NCBI GenBank assembly: GCA_963692475.1
Contig: OY829950.1
Location: 1,940,554 to 2,004,553 of the forward strand
DNA: 64,000 nucleotides
DNA from: Candidatus Cloacimonadales bacterium
GTDB lineage: Bacteria > Cloacimonadota > Cloacimonadia > Cloacimonadales > JAFGVF01
Direction: 5' to 3'
In this document: positions 7,849 through 16,003 of the stretch, in pieces
How positions within the stretch are numbered: position 1 is the first letter of the stretch
How the letters are laid out: every line of letters starts with the position of its first letter
Position numbers and translations under genes: made by a program
Notes under the pieces: generated by a model
The model's input: only the letters and a program-made list of their open reading frames with translations
Databases searched by the model: none
Told to the model about the DNA's origin: nothing

Positions 7849-10146
7849 ATGAAAAAGACTTTTTATGTAGTAATATTGTTTGTCCTTACAATATCACTAT
7901 ACTCCATTCCCGATACTTTTATGAATATGCAAAACCTTGAAGGGGTTAGTTTAAAGCCTTACCAGTCACAAGCTCGCTGGCAAGCAAACTATGAGTTTTC
8001 AACTGTTCCTATCACTCTTTCGCCGACAAGACATGATTATTTCCCTGGAAGTTATGGAAGTAATCCTATTATAAGGGCTGAAACTCCCTCTTTAAATGGG
8101 CACTGGTTTACCTTCCAAGCGACATGTTATGATTATCCTTATACCCCTTTAAGAGTCTATAAGGGTTTCATTAATACTGATGCAGAGATCGAAGCGTTTC
8201 AACCTTTCGGTATTGATGATTTGTGGGAGAGTTCTCCAGCAATTGCCTTAAGTGAAGGGAAAAGACCATTTTTTTCCTATTTAGTTGATAAGGATAGCAA
8301 TCCAGGTCCCTATTATGATCATGATAACCAAAATTATGACTTAGCCTTTGGTTATGATGCTGTTATTGGCGGTATAGCTTTGGGAATGCATTCCGACTTA
8401 TTTTCTATTTTTGACGGTGAGTTAGAACTAAATATTGAGGGAGAAGATTATCAAATAAATCAACTTTTGCATCCAATAGTTCAGATTGGACCATCTCCTT
8501 TAGCTAATCATCAAAGAATTTATATCTGCGGACAAAATAAACATTCTGAAACAGACTATTTATGCTCTAATCCAGTAATTTTCTACAGTGATTTTACAGA
8601 AAGTGATATGGAATACCAGTTGATATTTGGTAATACTGACTGGCAATTTATAACTATCCCTGAGCTTAATGAATGGAATGTATCAACTACAGAATGCCGA
8701 AAACCAGTAATGAGTTTCAAAGTTATAAACAGTAAGTTATATTATATTGGCTACCATGAAGCTGCCGACTTTCAAATTGACCATAAAAACATAATTAATG
8801 AAGCATCGCTTGATGTTTTTGTTTGTGATAATTATGGTGAAGGTGAATGGGAAAGATACTCAATTTGGGATACCTTTGATTCTTATAACCCTAACTTTGT
8901 TAATCCTACTGGTTTCCACAAAGGAAGGCAAATGATTAAAGAATATTTTGATACAAGTAGTCAAGATTTCACAGATGAAGATATGTTTATCGGAATAGGA
9001 CAATCTAGTCACTTTAACGTAGGCGTTGATAATTATGGAAGACTACATATACCTGCTCTCTTCACACAAAAAACTTACTCAGGATATTATTACCCTGAAT
9101 TACATACTGTTAAAGATATAATATTTAATTGTTATAATAATGAGTTTAGCGTTTCTGAGGTCTATCCCCAAGCTAGAGTTGGAGAAATTGATGTTAGTGA
9201 TAACACTGAGTCTGTTAGTGACGAGTTACCTTGGTTATGGTGGGATAGTGATAACGATGGCTACTATGATGAAGTGCTTGATGACGGTACTTGGGATGGT
9301 ATAGATGATAACATTACTCAAGCTGATACAGATTATTGGGGCATGCCAGTGTTAAAAACTCTTTGGCCCTTCCAATATTGGGATGAATCAGCTTTACCAG
9401 ATGGGAATACACTTCCTTACCTTAACCATATTATGATTACTGATGCTAGTGACAATGGGGTTATGGCTATGGTATGGCATGATACTCAGAAATCTAGAAA
9501 CTATAACAAGTATCCTGATGATTATTCAGACTTAGCACCTTTTGCAGAGACTATAGAAACAATGATTAGTGTATCATCAAATTTTGGTTATTCTTGGTCA
9601 GACCCTATATCCCTTAACAATATTGATACTCCTGAATTAGCAGGACAAAACCCTGCCTTTGTCTATCCTGCAAACCAACTTGACTATATCACCTTTACTT
9701 ATACAGGAAACATAATGAGACTATATCTTATGTACAATGATGATACATCTTATGGTTCATCTGTACTGGGAATTGGACCTGAGACAGTAGGCTCTATTAA
9801 ATATGCTGCTTTGGATCTTGATATAGAAAACATGCCAGTAAATAATCTAAGCAGTGATATTACTCCGAGTATGACTACCTTAGTGCAAAACTATCCAAAT
9901 CCCTTCAACCCTGAGACAACTATAGCTTTTAACCTTACAAAACCTGATAAAGTTACCCTTGATATCTATAATATTAAAGGACAAAAAGTTAAGACTCTTC
10001 TAGATGATTATATTGAAGCTGGGAATCATAGCCTTGTTTGGAATGGTAGAAATGAGAATAATCAAGAAGTTGCTTCAGGAATCTATCTTTATAATATCAG
10101 AAATAGTAAATTTTCTTCTACCAAGAAAATGATTTTGATGAAATAG
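7849..10146 (+). CDS. Secreted protein with BNR/Asp-box-like motif and T9SS-type C-terminal sorting domain (paralog of 34237..36513)
   Basis: ORF track starts at TTG 7825. I prefer ATG 7849 (MKKTFYVVILF, GGAGGA RBS). Asp-box-like [27 protein letters not shown]...KKMILMK. Long identical blocks are shared with the 758-aa protein (LNEWNVST, EASLDVFVCDNYG, TESVSDE.PWLWWD, DDGTWDG). Confidence 0.85.
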   Translation: MKKTFYVVILFVLTISLYSIPDTFMNMQNLEGVSLKPYQSQARWQANYEFSTVPITLSPTRHDYFPGSYGSNPIIRAETPSLNGHWFTFQATCYDYPYTPLRVYKGFINTDAEIEAFQPFGIDDLWESSPAIALSEGKRPFFSYLVDKDSNPGPYYDHDNQNYDLAFGYDAVIGGIALGMHSDLFSIFDGELELNIEGEDYQINQLLHPIVQIGPSPLANHQRIYICGQNKHSETDYLCSNPVIFYSDFTESDMEYQLIFGNTDWQFITIPELNEWNVSTTECRKPVMSFKVINSKLYYIGYHEAADFQIDHKNIINEASLDVFVCDNYGEGEWERYSIWDTFDSYNPNFVNPTGFHKGRQMIKEYFDTSSQDFTDEDMFIGIGQSSHFNVGVDNYGRLHIPALFTQKTYSGYYYPELHTVKDIIFNCYNNEFSVSEVYPQARVGEIDVSDNTESVSDELPWLWWDSDNDGYYDEVLDDGTWDGIDDNITQADTDYWGMPVLKTLWPFQYWDESALPDGNTLPYLNHIMITDASDNGVMAMVWHDTQKSRNYNKYPDDYSDLAPFAETIETMISVSSNFGYSWSDPISLNNIDTPELAGQNPAFVYPANQLDYITFTYTGNIMRLYLMYNDDTSYGSSVLGIGPETVGSIKYAALDLDIENMPVNNLSSDITPSMTTLVQNYPNPFNPETTIAFNLTKPDKVTLDIYNIKGQKVKTLLDDYIEAGNHSLVWNGRNENNQEVASGIYLYNIRNSKFSSTKKMILMK

Positions 10147-10201
10147 TATCTTGCTGGGGAGAATGATAAATTAACAAATAGAAATATTAATGGAAATTAA
10201 T

Positions 10202-10228
10202 AAAAGCCTCGCTAAAGCGGGGCTTTTG
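10202..10228. terminator. Bidirectional rho-independent terminator between convergent genes
   Basis: AAAA-GCCTCGC-TAAA-GCGGGGC-TTTT, identical to the hairpin at 7505-7540. It lies between the stops at 10146 (+) and 10254 (-). Confidence 0.75.
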
Positions 10229-10253
10229 TAATTTATTAACTAATTTTGTCTAT

Positions 10254-10874
10254 TTACATATTTATCTGTATATCTTTTATCTGACTATATTTTTCTAAGT
10301 GCTCTCTAATCTCTTCAGCCACATTCTCACGATATTTATCAAAGGAAGGTATTTCCACATCAATAATAGCAACTCCGTCATCAAATCCTACATATTTGAC
10401 CATTTTAAGAGTAACAATATCCTCTCCGACTTGGGGGTAAATAACATGTTTTAACTCAGCAATAATTGTTTCTTTGGAGAAGTCTTCAACTTTTCTCATA
10501 CCATGTGATATCTGGTAATTTTTGATTGCTTCATGAAGTGTGTCGGCAGCAAGAACTGAGCAGTGAGCCTTTGTTGGTGGGAGTCCGTCTAATTCCTCCA
10601 TAGCATCTCTCCAGGTTATTGCTAAAGCTTCATCAAGGGTCTTGCCCATTGCCATATCTGTTATCATAGAACCGGTTGCGATATTAGAAGCACATCCGTA
10701 AGATTTAAACTTAACATCTTCAATTACTTTTGTTTCTTCATTGATTTTTAAATAGACTGTTACTTGATCTCCACATGCTGGGGAACCTTCTGTTGCAACA
10801 GCATCTGCATCTTTTATCTCACCCACATTATGTGGCTTCATAAAATGGTCTAAAACTTTTTGTGAATATTGCAT
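10254..10874 (-). CDS. nifU: Fe-S cluster scaffold, IscU/NifU N-domain fused to a DUF59 (SufT/MIP18-like) C-domain
   Basis: Three scaffold cysteines in SPACGD, KSYGCASN and KAHCSVLA. The C-terminal ~70 aa (IYPQVGEDIVTLKMVKYVGF...) resembles DUF59. Confidence 0.8.
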   Translation of the reverse strand: MQYSQKVLDHFMKPHNVGEIKDADAVATEGSPACGDQVTVYLKINEETKVIEDVKFKSYGCASNIATGSMITDMAMGKTLDEALAITWRDAMEELDGLPPTKAHCSVLAADTLHEAIKNYQISHGMRKVEDFSKETIIAELKHVIYPQVGEDIVTLKMVKYVGFDDGVAIIDVEIPSFDKYRENVAEEIREHLEKYSQIKDIQINM

Positions 10875-10882
10875 AATTTCCT

Positions 10883-12070
10883 CTATTTTATTTTATTTTC
10901 TTGATATAATGGACTTCTTCTTCTGAGTTCAACAACAATCTCTTTCAATTTATCAACTGTAATGTCTAACTCTTCTTTAGTTGTAAATTTGCTAATAGTG
11001 AATTTCATAGAACCATGGGATTGCATATGGTTTTTACCCATTGCCATAAGAACATAGCTTGGTTTAAGACCTTGAGAAGCGCAAGCACTACCTGTAGCAG
11101 CTGTAATGCCCTGTAAATCAAGCATCATACCCATAGCTTCCCCTTCAATATAATCTATCGAAACATTAATATTATGACAAGCTCTTCCTTCGCCACTAGC
11201 TCCATTTAGTTCAACATCAGTTATCTCTGTCATTAGTCGATTAAGAAGATAATTAGATAAATCTCTAAGCTTTTTAGTAGTTGCATTCAAATCCGCGAAT
11301 GTTATTTCAGTAGCCTTAGCAAATCCAGCAAGAGAGCCAATATTTATGCCCCCGGTTTCTAAATTATCAACTCTGTTAACTCCATGAACGACTTGAGCAA
11401 GTGGAGTTTTTGTTCTTTTATATAAGAAGCCGACACCTTGAGGTCCATGAATTTTATGAGCAGAAACAGACATAGTATCAATACCTACTTTATTCATGTC
11501 CATAGCAAATTTGCCATAAGCTTGACCAGCATCAACATGCATATAAATTTTATGATCTGCATCTTGGATAACTTTAGTATATTCTTCAATAGGCTGTATT
11601 GTACCAACCACGTGATTAACCCAAGTTGTTGAGAAAAGAATTGTATCTGGGCGAATAGCTTCTTTGAGTTTCTCTGCTGATACTAAACCATATTCATCTG
11701 CTTGAAGGTAAGTAACCTCAAAGCCACTTTTTTCGAAGAAAGCATAGTTAGTAAGAATATCAGGATAATCAATTACTGAACAGATAATATGAGTTCCTTT
11801 TTGTGAATTTGCCATTAATATGCCCTTTATCGCTATATTATTAGCAGAAGTTCCTCCACGAGTAAAATGAATTTCATCTGCTTTAGCATTGATGGTAGTG
11901 CTAAAAACGGATTTAAATTCTTGTAATTTAGAATTAATCTCTTCTCCGGCAGTAAAGAAATTTGCTGGAAACCAATACTCATTTTCCCAATATTCTCTCA
12001 TAACATCAAATATTTGGGGGTCTGGTTTTGTTGTTACGCAGTTATCTAAGTAGATCCTCTTATGTTCCAT
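10883..12070 (-). CDS. nifS: Cysteine desulfurase (NifS/IscS, class V aminotransferase)
   Basis: PLP-lysine motif SVSAHKIHGPQGVGFLY and catalytic loop ATGSACAS. Sits immediately upstream of nifU. Confidence 0.9.
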   Translation of the reverse strand: MEHKRIYLDNCVTTKPDPQIFDVMREYWENEYWFPANFFTAGEEINSKLQEFKSVFSTTINAKADEIHFTRGGTSANNIAIKGILMANSQKGTHIICSVIDYPDILTNYAFFEKSGFEVTYLQADEYGLVSAEKLKEAIRPDTILFSTTWVNHVVGTIQPIEEYTKVIQDADHKIYMHVDAGQAYGKFAMDMNKVGIDTMSVSAHKIHGPQGVGFLYKRTKTPLAQVVHGVNRVDNLETGGINIGSLAGFAKATEITFADLNATTKKLRDLSNYLLNRLMTEITDVELNGASGEGRACHNINVSIDYIEGEAMGMMLDLQGITAATGSACASQGLKPSYVLMAMGKNHMQSHGSMKFTISKFTTKEELDITVDKLKEIVVELRRRSPLYQENKIK

Positions 12071-12073
12071 ACC

Positions 12074-12490
12074 TTACTCCTTATCTATTCTATTTTTTAT
12101 ATCTTGTAATGTGATTGTACTAAGATAAGTCTTGATGTTACCATATATCTCATGCCATAATAGTTTATACTGACAATTCTCAACCTGGCAATACTCAAGC
12201 TCTATCTTACTTCTTTCGCAACTTACTTCATAAGGATGATTTTCTACAATCTCCATAATCTTACCTAAAGCAATATCTTTTGAAGGGATATTTAAATAGT
12301 ATCCACCTTTAGAACCAGAAACACTATCTATAATAGAACTTCTTTTTAATTTCCGAAACAGCTGTTCTACATATTTCTTAGGTAAGTTTTGCTCTGTGCA
12401 AATTTCATTTATCGACTTTAAGGAATCTTTACTCTCGCTAAGAGTAACTAAAGCTCTTACTGAATACTCAGTCTTTGTAGTTAGTTGCAT
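12074..12490 (-). CDS. Rrf2-family transcriptional regulator (IscR-like)
   Basis: N-terminus MQLTTKTEYSVRALVTL is the Rrf2 winged-helix signature. Three clustered Cys (SCERSKIELEYCQVENC). First gene of the nifS-nifU operon. Confidence 0.85.
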   Translation of the reverse strand: MQLTTKTEYSVRALVTLSESKDSLKSINEICTEQNLPKKYVEQLFRKLKRSSIIDSVSGSKGGYYLNIPSKDIALGKIMEIVENHPYEVSCERSKIELEYCQVENCQYKLLWHEIYGNIKTYLSTITLQDIKNRIDKE

Positions 12491-12624
12491 TTTATTTCCT
12501 CATTTCTTAGTAATCATATACTAATTTAGTAGGAATTAGTTTTTTGGCAAGTTTTTTTTCGATATTTTTTTCTTGGGTAATGGATAAATTGTTTGCGTTA
12601 GGGTTATATGGTACATAAAAAAAA

Positions 12625-12730
12625 ATGCCAGGCTACCGGTTGCACACTCTAAGCACCCCTTAATGCTGCTTCATTCCTGACCTGACATGGTTCGAGGGTT
12701 AAAGTTGCACCGGACCTGACTAAGTCAAAA
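12625..12730 (-). ncRNA. ffs: Signal recognition particle RNA (small bacterial 4.5S type)
   Basis: The minus strand reads ...GUCAGGUCCGGUGCAAC...GUCAGGUCAGGAAUGAAGCAGCAUUAAGGGG...GUGCAACCGGUAGCCUGGCAUUUUUUUU. The domain IV motif resembles E. coli CAGGUCCGGAAGGAAGCAGCC with a paired C-G to A-U change flanking the GGAA loop. The terminal helix closes CAGG/CCGG/UGCA, followed by a U-run. Ends are approximate. Confidence 0.75.
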
Positions 12731-13047
12731 TGTTTTTAAGACTATATTGTGTCAAGAAAAAGATTGAATCCAGTCACACTGCTAAGATTTGAGCTATAAA
12801 AATCACAGATATTTATAGGTATAAGCAAGGATAAAATCCCTCTTTTTAAGCTAATTTTATTAATTTGATTCATTTGTTTAGAAAAGTTAATAGTTTATGG
12901 AAGGTAAATTTCCTAATACAATAAATATCTCTTGACATAATAAATGAGAATGAATTATTTAATAAATTATTAAGAAAAATATTGATAATTCACTATATTT
13001 TTCAATTTAGATTATATCTATAAACAAAACAACAAAGGAGAAAAGTT

Positions 13048-13527
13048 ATGAAGAAATTTTACATTATTGGCATTCTGCTAATAACATTAGTGGTTTTTGC
13101 AGGTTGTGACAAAAAACAAGCCCAAGAAGAAGCTAAAGGACAAGAAGAAAAACAAGAGAAAACAGTTCTTCAGGTCATGGATGAGTATGAAAAAGAAGTG
13201 ACTGATTGGTTCAACAAGGAAGTTGTTAATGCTGAAGACATTCAAGCTATCAATGAGAAAATTCAAGAAATGAAAGAGAAAGTTTCTGAAGAAGGTATTA
13301 CTGAAGAAACTAAAGAAAAACTTGAAAGCTTAGTGAATAAACTTGAAGATTTAAAGGCTAAGACTGCAGAAAAAGTTGATGGAATGAAAGAAAAAGCTGA
13401 AGAAATAGTTGATGATGTCAAAGATAAAGTTGAAGACAAAGTAGACGATATGAAGGATAAAACTGAAGAAAAAGTTAATAATATGAAAAATAAGGGTGAA
13501 GGAAGAGTCAAAGCTATTCGCAGCTAA
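13048..13527 (+). CDS. Small Lys/Glu-rich lipoprotein, function unknown
   Basis: GGAG RBS and lipobox LVVFAGC. Repetitive charged coiled-coil-like sequence (DKVEDKVDDMKDKTEEKV). Confidence 0.7.
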   Translation: MKKFYIIGILLITLVVFAGCDKKQAQEEAKGQEEKQEKTVLQVMDEYEKEVTDWFNKEVVNAEDIQAINEKIQEMKEKVSEEGITEETKEKLESLVNKLEDLKAKTAEKVDGMKEKAEEIVDDVKDKVEDKVDDMKDKTEEKVNNMKNKGEGRVKAIRS

Positions 13528-13557
13528 ACTATAAGTTATAATTAAATGAATATTTTC

Positions 13558-13603
13558 CGATGGAATATAACATATTTTTTGTTATATTCCATCGTTTTAT
13601 TTT
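13558..13603 (+). terminator. Rho-independent terminator
   Basis: 14-bp stem CGATGGAATATAAC / GTTATATTCCATCG followed by TTTTATTTT. Confidence 0.8.
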
Positions 13604-13638
13604 ACTGCACAGAAAACGTTTTCTCAATATTACTCTTA

Positions 13639-13802
13639 AACCCAAATAATGCAATGGTTCTTTGAGAATAGCACTATATTCTTTTGCAAAAGTAACTTAC
13701 ATAATTCCTCCGAATATATATATTATATGCGTCAGAATTCTGCAAGCTATTTTGCTAAAAGAATTTGCACTCTTCACTAAAGCTCTATTGCACTATTAGG
13801 GT
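13639..13802 (+). mobile_element. MITE family 3 (TIR ACCCAAATAATGCA...), copy a
   Basis: Ends AACCCAAATAATGCAATGG ... CTATTGCACTATTAGGGT. The reverse complement is full-length alignable to 62839-63002. No ORF. Confidence 0.7.
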
Positions 13803-13828
13803 AAAAAATAGATAATCTCTGCTATCAA

Positions 13829-13908
13829 AGCTAGTGCTAAGGTAAATCTTTGTTTTAAATATACAGGGTCTAACTAACCCTGCATATTAAATGACATCCC
13901 TTCGGGAT
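13829..13908 (-). repeat. Three-hairpin module, copy 3 (free-standing, H3 degenerate)
   Basis: H2 CAGGGT-CTAACTA-ACCCTG 13864-13882. H1 ATCCC-TTC-GGGAT 13896-13908. The H3 position is reduced to AGC-TAGT-GCT. Confidence 0.6.
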
Positions 13909-14104
13909 TAGATAGATTGTCAAGTACCAATATAGTGGACACCTTTTTTATGTATCCTGAGTCATGTATCTCTTTTGAAAAATGAGACATTTACTCATAC
14001 TTTTGAGTTCTGTTGTCGACTCCATTTTGCATTCGTAATTTATTCGCATTTTTCAAAAGAAAATACATTCAGCTGTGTATCTGTTGATCATCTGGTAACC
14101 TCTT

Positions 14105-14890
14105 TTAATGATTTGCAAAATCATTTGGAGTAAAATACCCTAAACTTTTGTGAAGTCTCTGAGAGTTATAGATCATTACTGCATCTTTAGTAGCTTTTTT
14201 AAGACTTTCCATAGTGCTAAATGTCCGTTTTAATCCAAATTCATGCTTCATTGTACAATTTATCCTTTCAGCAATAGGGTTGTCATAGCATTTGCCATCA
14301 CCAGTCATACTAATCTTTATACCATGCTGTTTCAGAAGGTTAATAGTCTCATTACTTGTATATTGAGAACCATGATCTGAGTGGTGAATAAGATCGTTAG
14401 TATTATTAACATGTTTTAGCTGTCTTTTTAACATCTTTATATGATTATTAGTCAGCATATTAGAGGAAACTTCATAATCCAATATCTGTCTGGTATGCAT
14501 ATCACTTAGCAAAAACAAATAGTAAAATCCTTTGTCTTTAGAAATATAGGTAATATCAGTTACCCATACTTGATTTTTTCTCTCTACTATCATATTTTTA
14601 ATTAAATTAGGATATACTTTACTACCATCTGATATTGAAGTTTTGCAAAACTTTTTCTTTTTCCTTATTAACATATTTTGGTCTTTAAGAAGGTCATTAA
14701 GGTGCTTTTTTCCAATCTTTAGACCATCATTCTCCAGCATTTTCCATAATTTAACAGTGCCAACATAAGGCTGTGTTTCTTTGTACTGTTTCACTTTGGA
14801 GAGACACTGCAAGTCATTATGAGCGATGTGGAAGGCACTTTGAAGATATTTATAGTAACCTGACTTTGAAACATTTAATATTGAACACAT
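14105..14890 (-). CDS. IS3 transposase OrfB (DDE integrase core)
   Basis: LNVSKSGYYKYL (HTH_21-like), W.TDITYI, HSDHGSQYTS, DNP.AER..CT.K.E, all rve-type DDE motifs. One aa differs from copy 2. Confidence 0.9.
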   Translation of the reverse strand: MCSILNVSKSGYYKYLQSAFHIAHNDLQCLSKVKQYKETQPYVGTVKLWKMLENDGLKIGKKHLNDLLKDQNMLIRKKKKFCKTSISDGSKVYPNLIKNMIVERKNQVWVTDITYISKDKGFYYLFLLSDMHTRQILDYEVSSNMLTNNHIKMLKRQLKHVNNTNDLIHHSDHGSQYTSNETINLLKQHGIKISMTGDGKCYDNPIAERINCTMKHEFGLKRTFSTMESLKKATKDAVMIYNSQRLHKSLGYFTPNDFANH

Positions 14891-14895
14891 ATGTT

Positions 14896-15318
14896 TTATT
14901 CCTGATCTTTTAAAAGCCTTGATACTAAGATCTTTTGAGACTCTTTGGAGAAACCTGAATTTATGTTTTTTTTTAAATCAATACCTTTCTCTTCAGCCAT
15001 AAACTTAATATACTTTTCAAGGATTTCGTTTGAGAACTGGCTATCCTCTAAAGCCCGTTTTAACTGCTTATTTTCCTTTTTTAAAAGGTCTGCTTCTCTA
15101 GTTTCACGTTCTGTCATAATCATCACCTTTTTCCCTATTTTGTCGTTCATTCCATAACTCGCTAACCATCTACTTACGGTACTTTCTGAAACATTATATA
15201 TTCTACTAGATTCAGCTTGAGTTAAATCTCCTTGCTCAATCTCGTCAACAATTTTCATTTTAAAGGTTTCACTGTAGATTCTTTGCATTTTCGGTACCGT
15301 ACTTTTTTTCTTTAACAT
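14896..15318 (-). CDS. IS3 transposase OrfA (HTH)
   Basis: YSETFKMKIVDEIEQG...ESSRIYNVSESTVSRWL is the IS3 OrfA helix-turn-helix. A leucine-zipper-like region follows. Confidence 0.9.
   Translation of the reverse strand: MLKKKSTVPKMQRIYSETFKMKIVDEIEQGDLTQAESSRIYNVSESTVSRWLASYGMNDKIGKKVMIMTERETREADLLKKENKQLKRALEDSQFSNEILEKYIKFMAEEKGIDLKKNINSGFSKESQKILVSRLLKDQE
14966..14974 (-). other. Programmed -1 frameshift site candidate (A9 run on the coding strand)
   Basis: T9 on the plus strand equals A9 in orfA. Equivalent to 22810-22818 in copy 2. Confidence 0.6.
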
Positions 15319-15560
15319 GTCTTGCTCCTAGTTTAATATTTACTAGTCCACTTATATGGGACGACACAGATATGTCAGATAGTCTATTGGCGGTTTATTA
15401 GGGGTTTATTGGGCATCTATTGGCTATCCACTAAGCTGAAAACCAAGAGACACCTGATAGTGAAGATATATAAGTTCGATACATAAAATACGATCCTTTA
15501 GAAAAGAACTATGGATTAATTAAAAGACATGCTTGCTTAATATTGTTTTAAATTATATTA

Positions 15561-15833
15561 GGCTCTCTCCAAAGTAGAGTGGGTTAGTTTTATCATGAAA
15601 CTTGTTTTTACTGAAAGGAGGTGTTAACATCATCAAAAAAAAACGAAATATTATCGCCCTTCCAGGGCTAAGATAAATTTAGGTTTCATATATACAGGGT
15701 CTAACGAACCATGCCTATTAGATTAACATCCCTTCGGGATTATATGTGTATTAACTTCCATAAATTGACTATATATTTGTTAACATCTTACGACAATATT
15801 TATCATATTACCCACTCTACTTGAGATAGAGCC
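15561..15833 (-). mobile_element. MITE family 2 (23-bp TIR GGCTCTCTCCAAAGTAGAGTGGG), copy A
   Basis: GGCTCTCTCCAAAGTAGAGTGGG (15561-15583) and CCCACTCTACTTGAGATAGAGCC (15811-15833). Carries one three-hairpin module. No ORF. Confidence 0.7.
15656..15740 (-). repeat. Three-hairpin module, copy 4 (inside MITE family 2 copy A)
   Basis: H3 GCCC-TTCCA-GGGC 15656-15668. H2 CAGGGT-CTAACGA-ACCATG 15695-15713 (one mismatch). H1 ATCCC-TTC-GGGAT 15728-15740. Confidence 0.65.
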
Positions 15834-16003
15834 GAATATACTATAATAAAAGTCTCTTTTTTACCACATACTTTAACTTGAGCCTTTCCTTTTGGTAAAA
15901 TTCTAAATTCTGCATTTTTTAGTTACTATTTTTGAAAAACTCTTATAATAAAATTAACTTGCCAAAAATAAGTAAAATGATAAGTAAAGTATAGGAGGAG
16001 AAT

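Larger units (their letters stand above)
13918..15368 (-). mobile_element. IS3-family insertion sequence, copy 1 (1451 bp)
   Basis: Ends TGTCAAGTACCAATATAGTGGAC... / ...GTCCACTTATATGGGACGACACA (imperfect 23-bp IRs, TG...CA termini). 3-bp direct repeat GAT at 13915-13917 and 15369-15371. orfA plus orfB layout. Confidence 0.9.
15369..15884 (-). mobile_element. MITE family 1 (TIR GGCTCAAGTT...), copy A, truncated remnant carrying a nested family-2 MITE
   Basis: The reverse complement of 15834-15884 matches the left end of copy C (GGCTCAAGTTAAAGTATGTGGTAAAAAAGAGACTTTTATTATAGTATATTC). 15369-15560 matches the central part of copies B and C. The last ~135 nt of the family consensus are missing, and homology stops within 3 nt of the IS3 junction. 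Confidence 0.65.

Noticed and set aside
12490-13047. tRNA, tmRNA, RNase P or 6S RNA in this and other long intergenic regions
   Set aside because: Apart from the SRP RNA at 12625-12730, I found no cloverleaf-compatible or otherwise recognisable conserved RNA sequence. Without a covariance-model scan this negative is soft.
13263-13511. 82-aa Ser/Leu/Phe-rich ORF antisense to the lipoprotein gene
   Set aside because: It is the mirror image of a Lys/Glu-rich repetitive gene, a shadow ORF.
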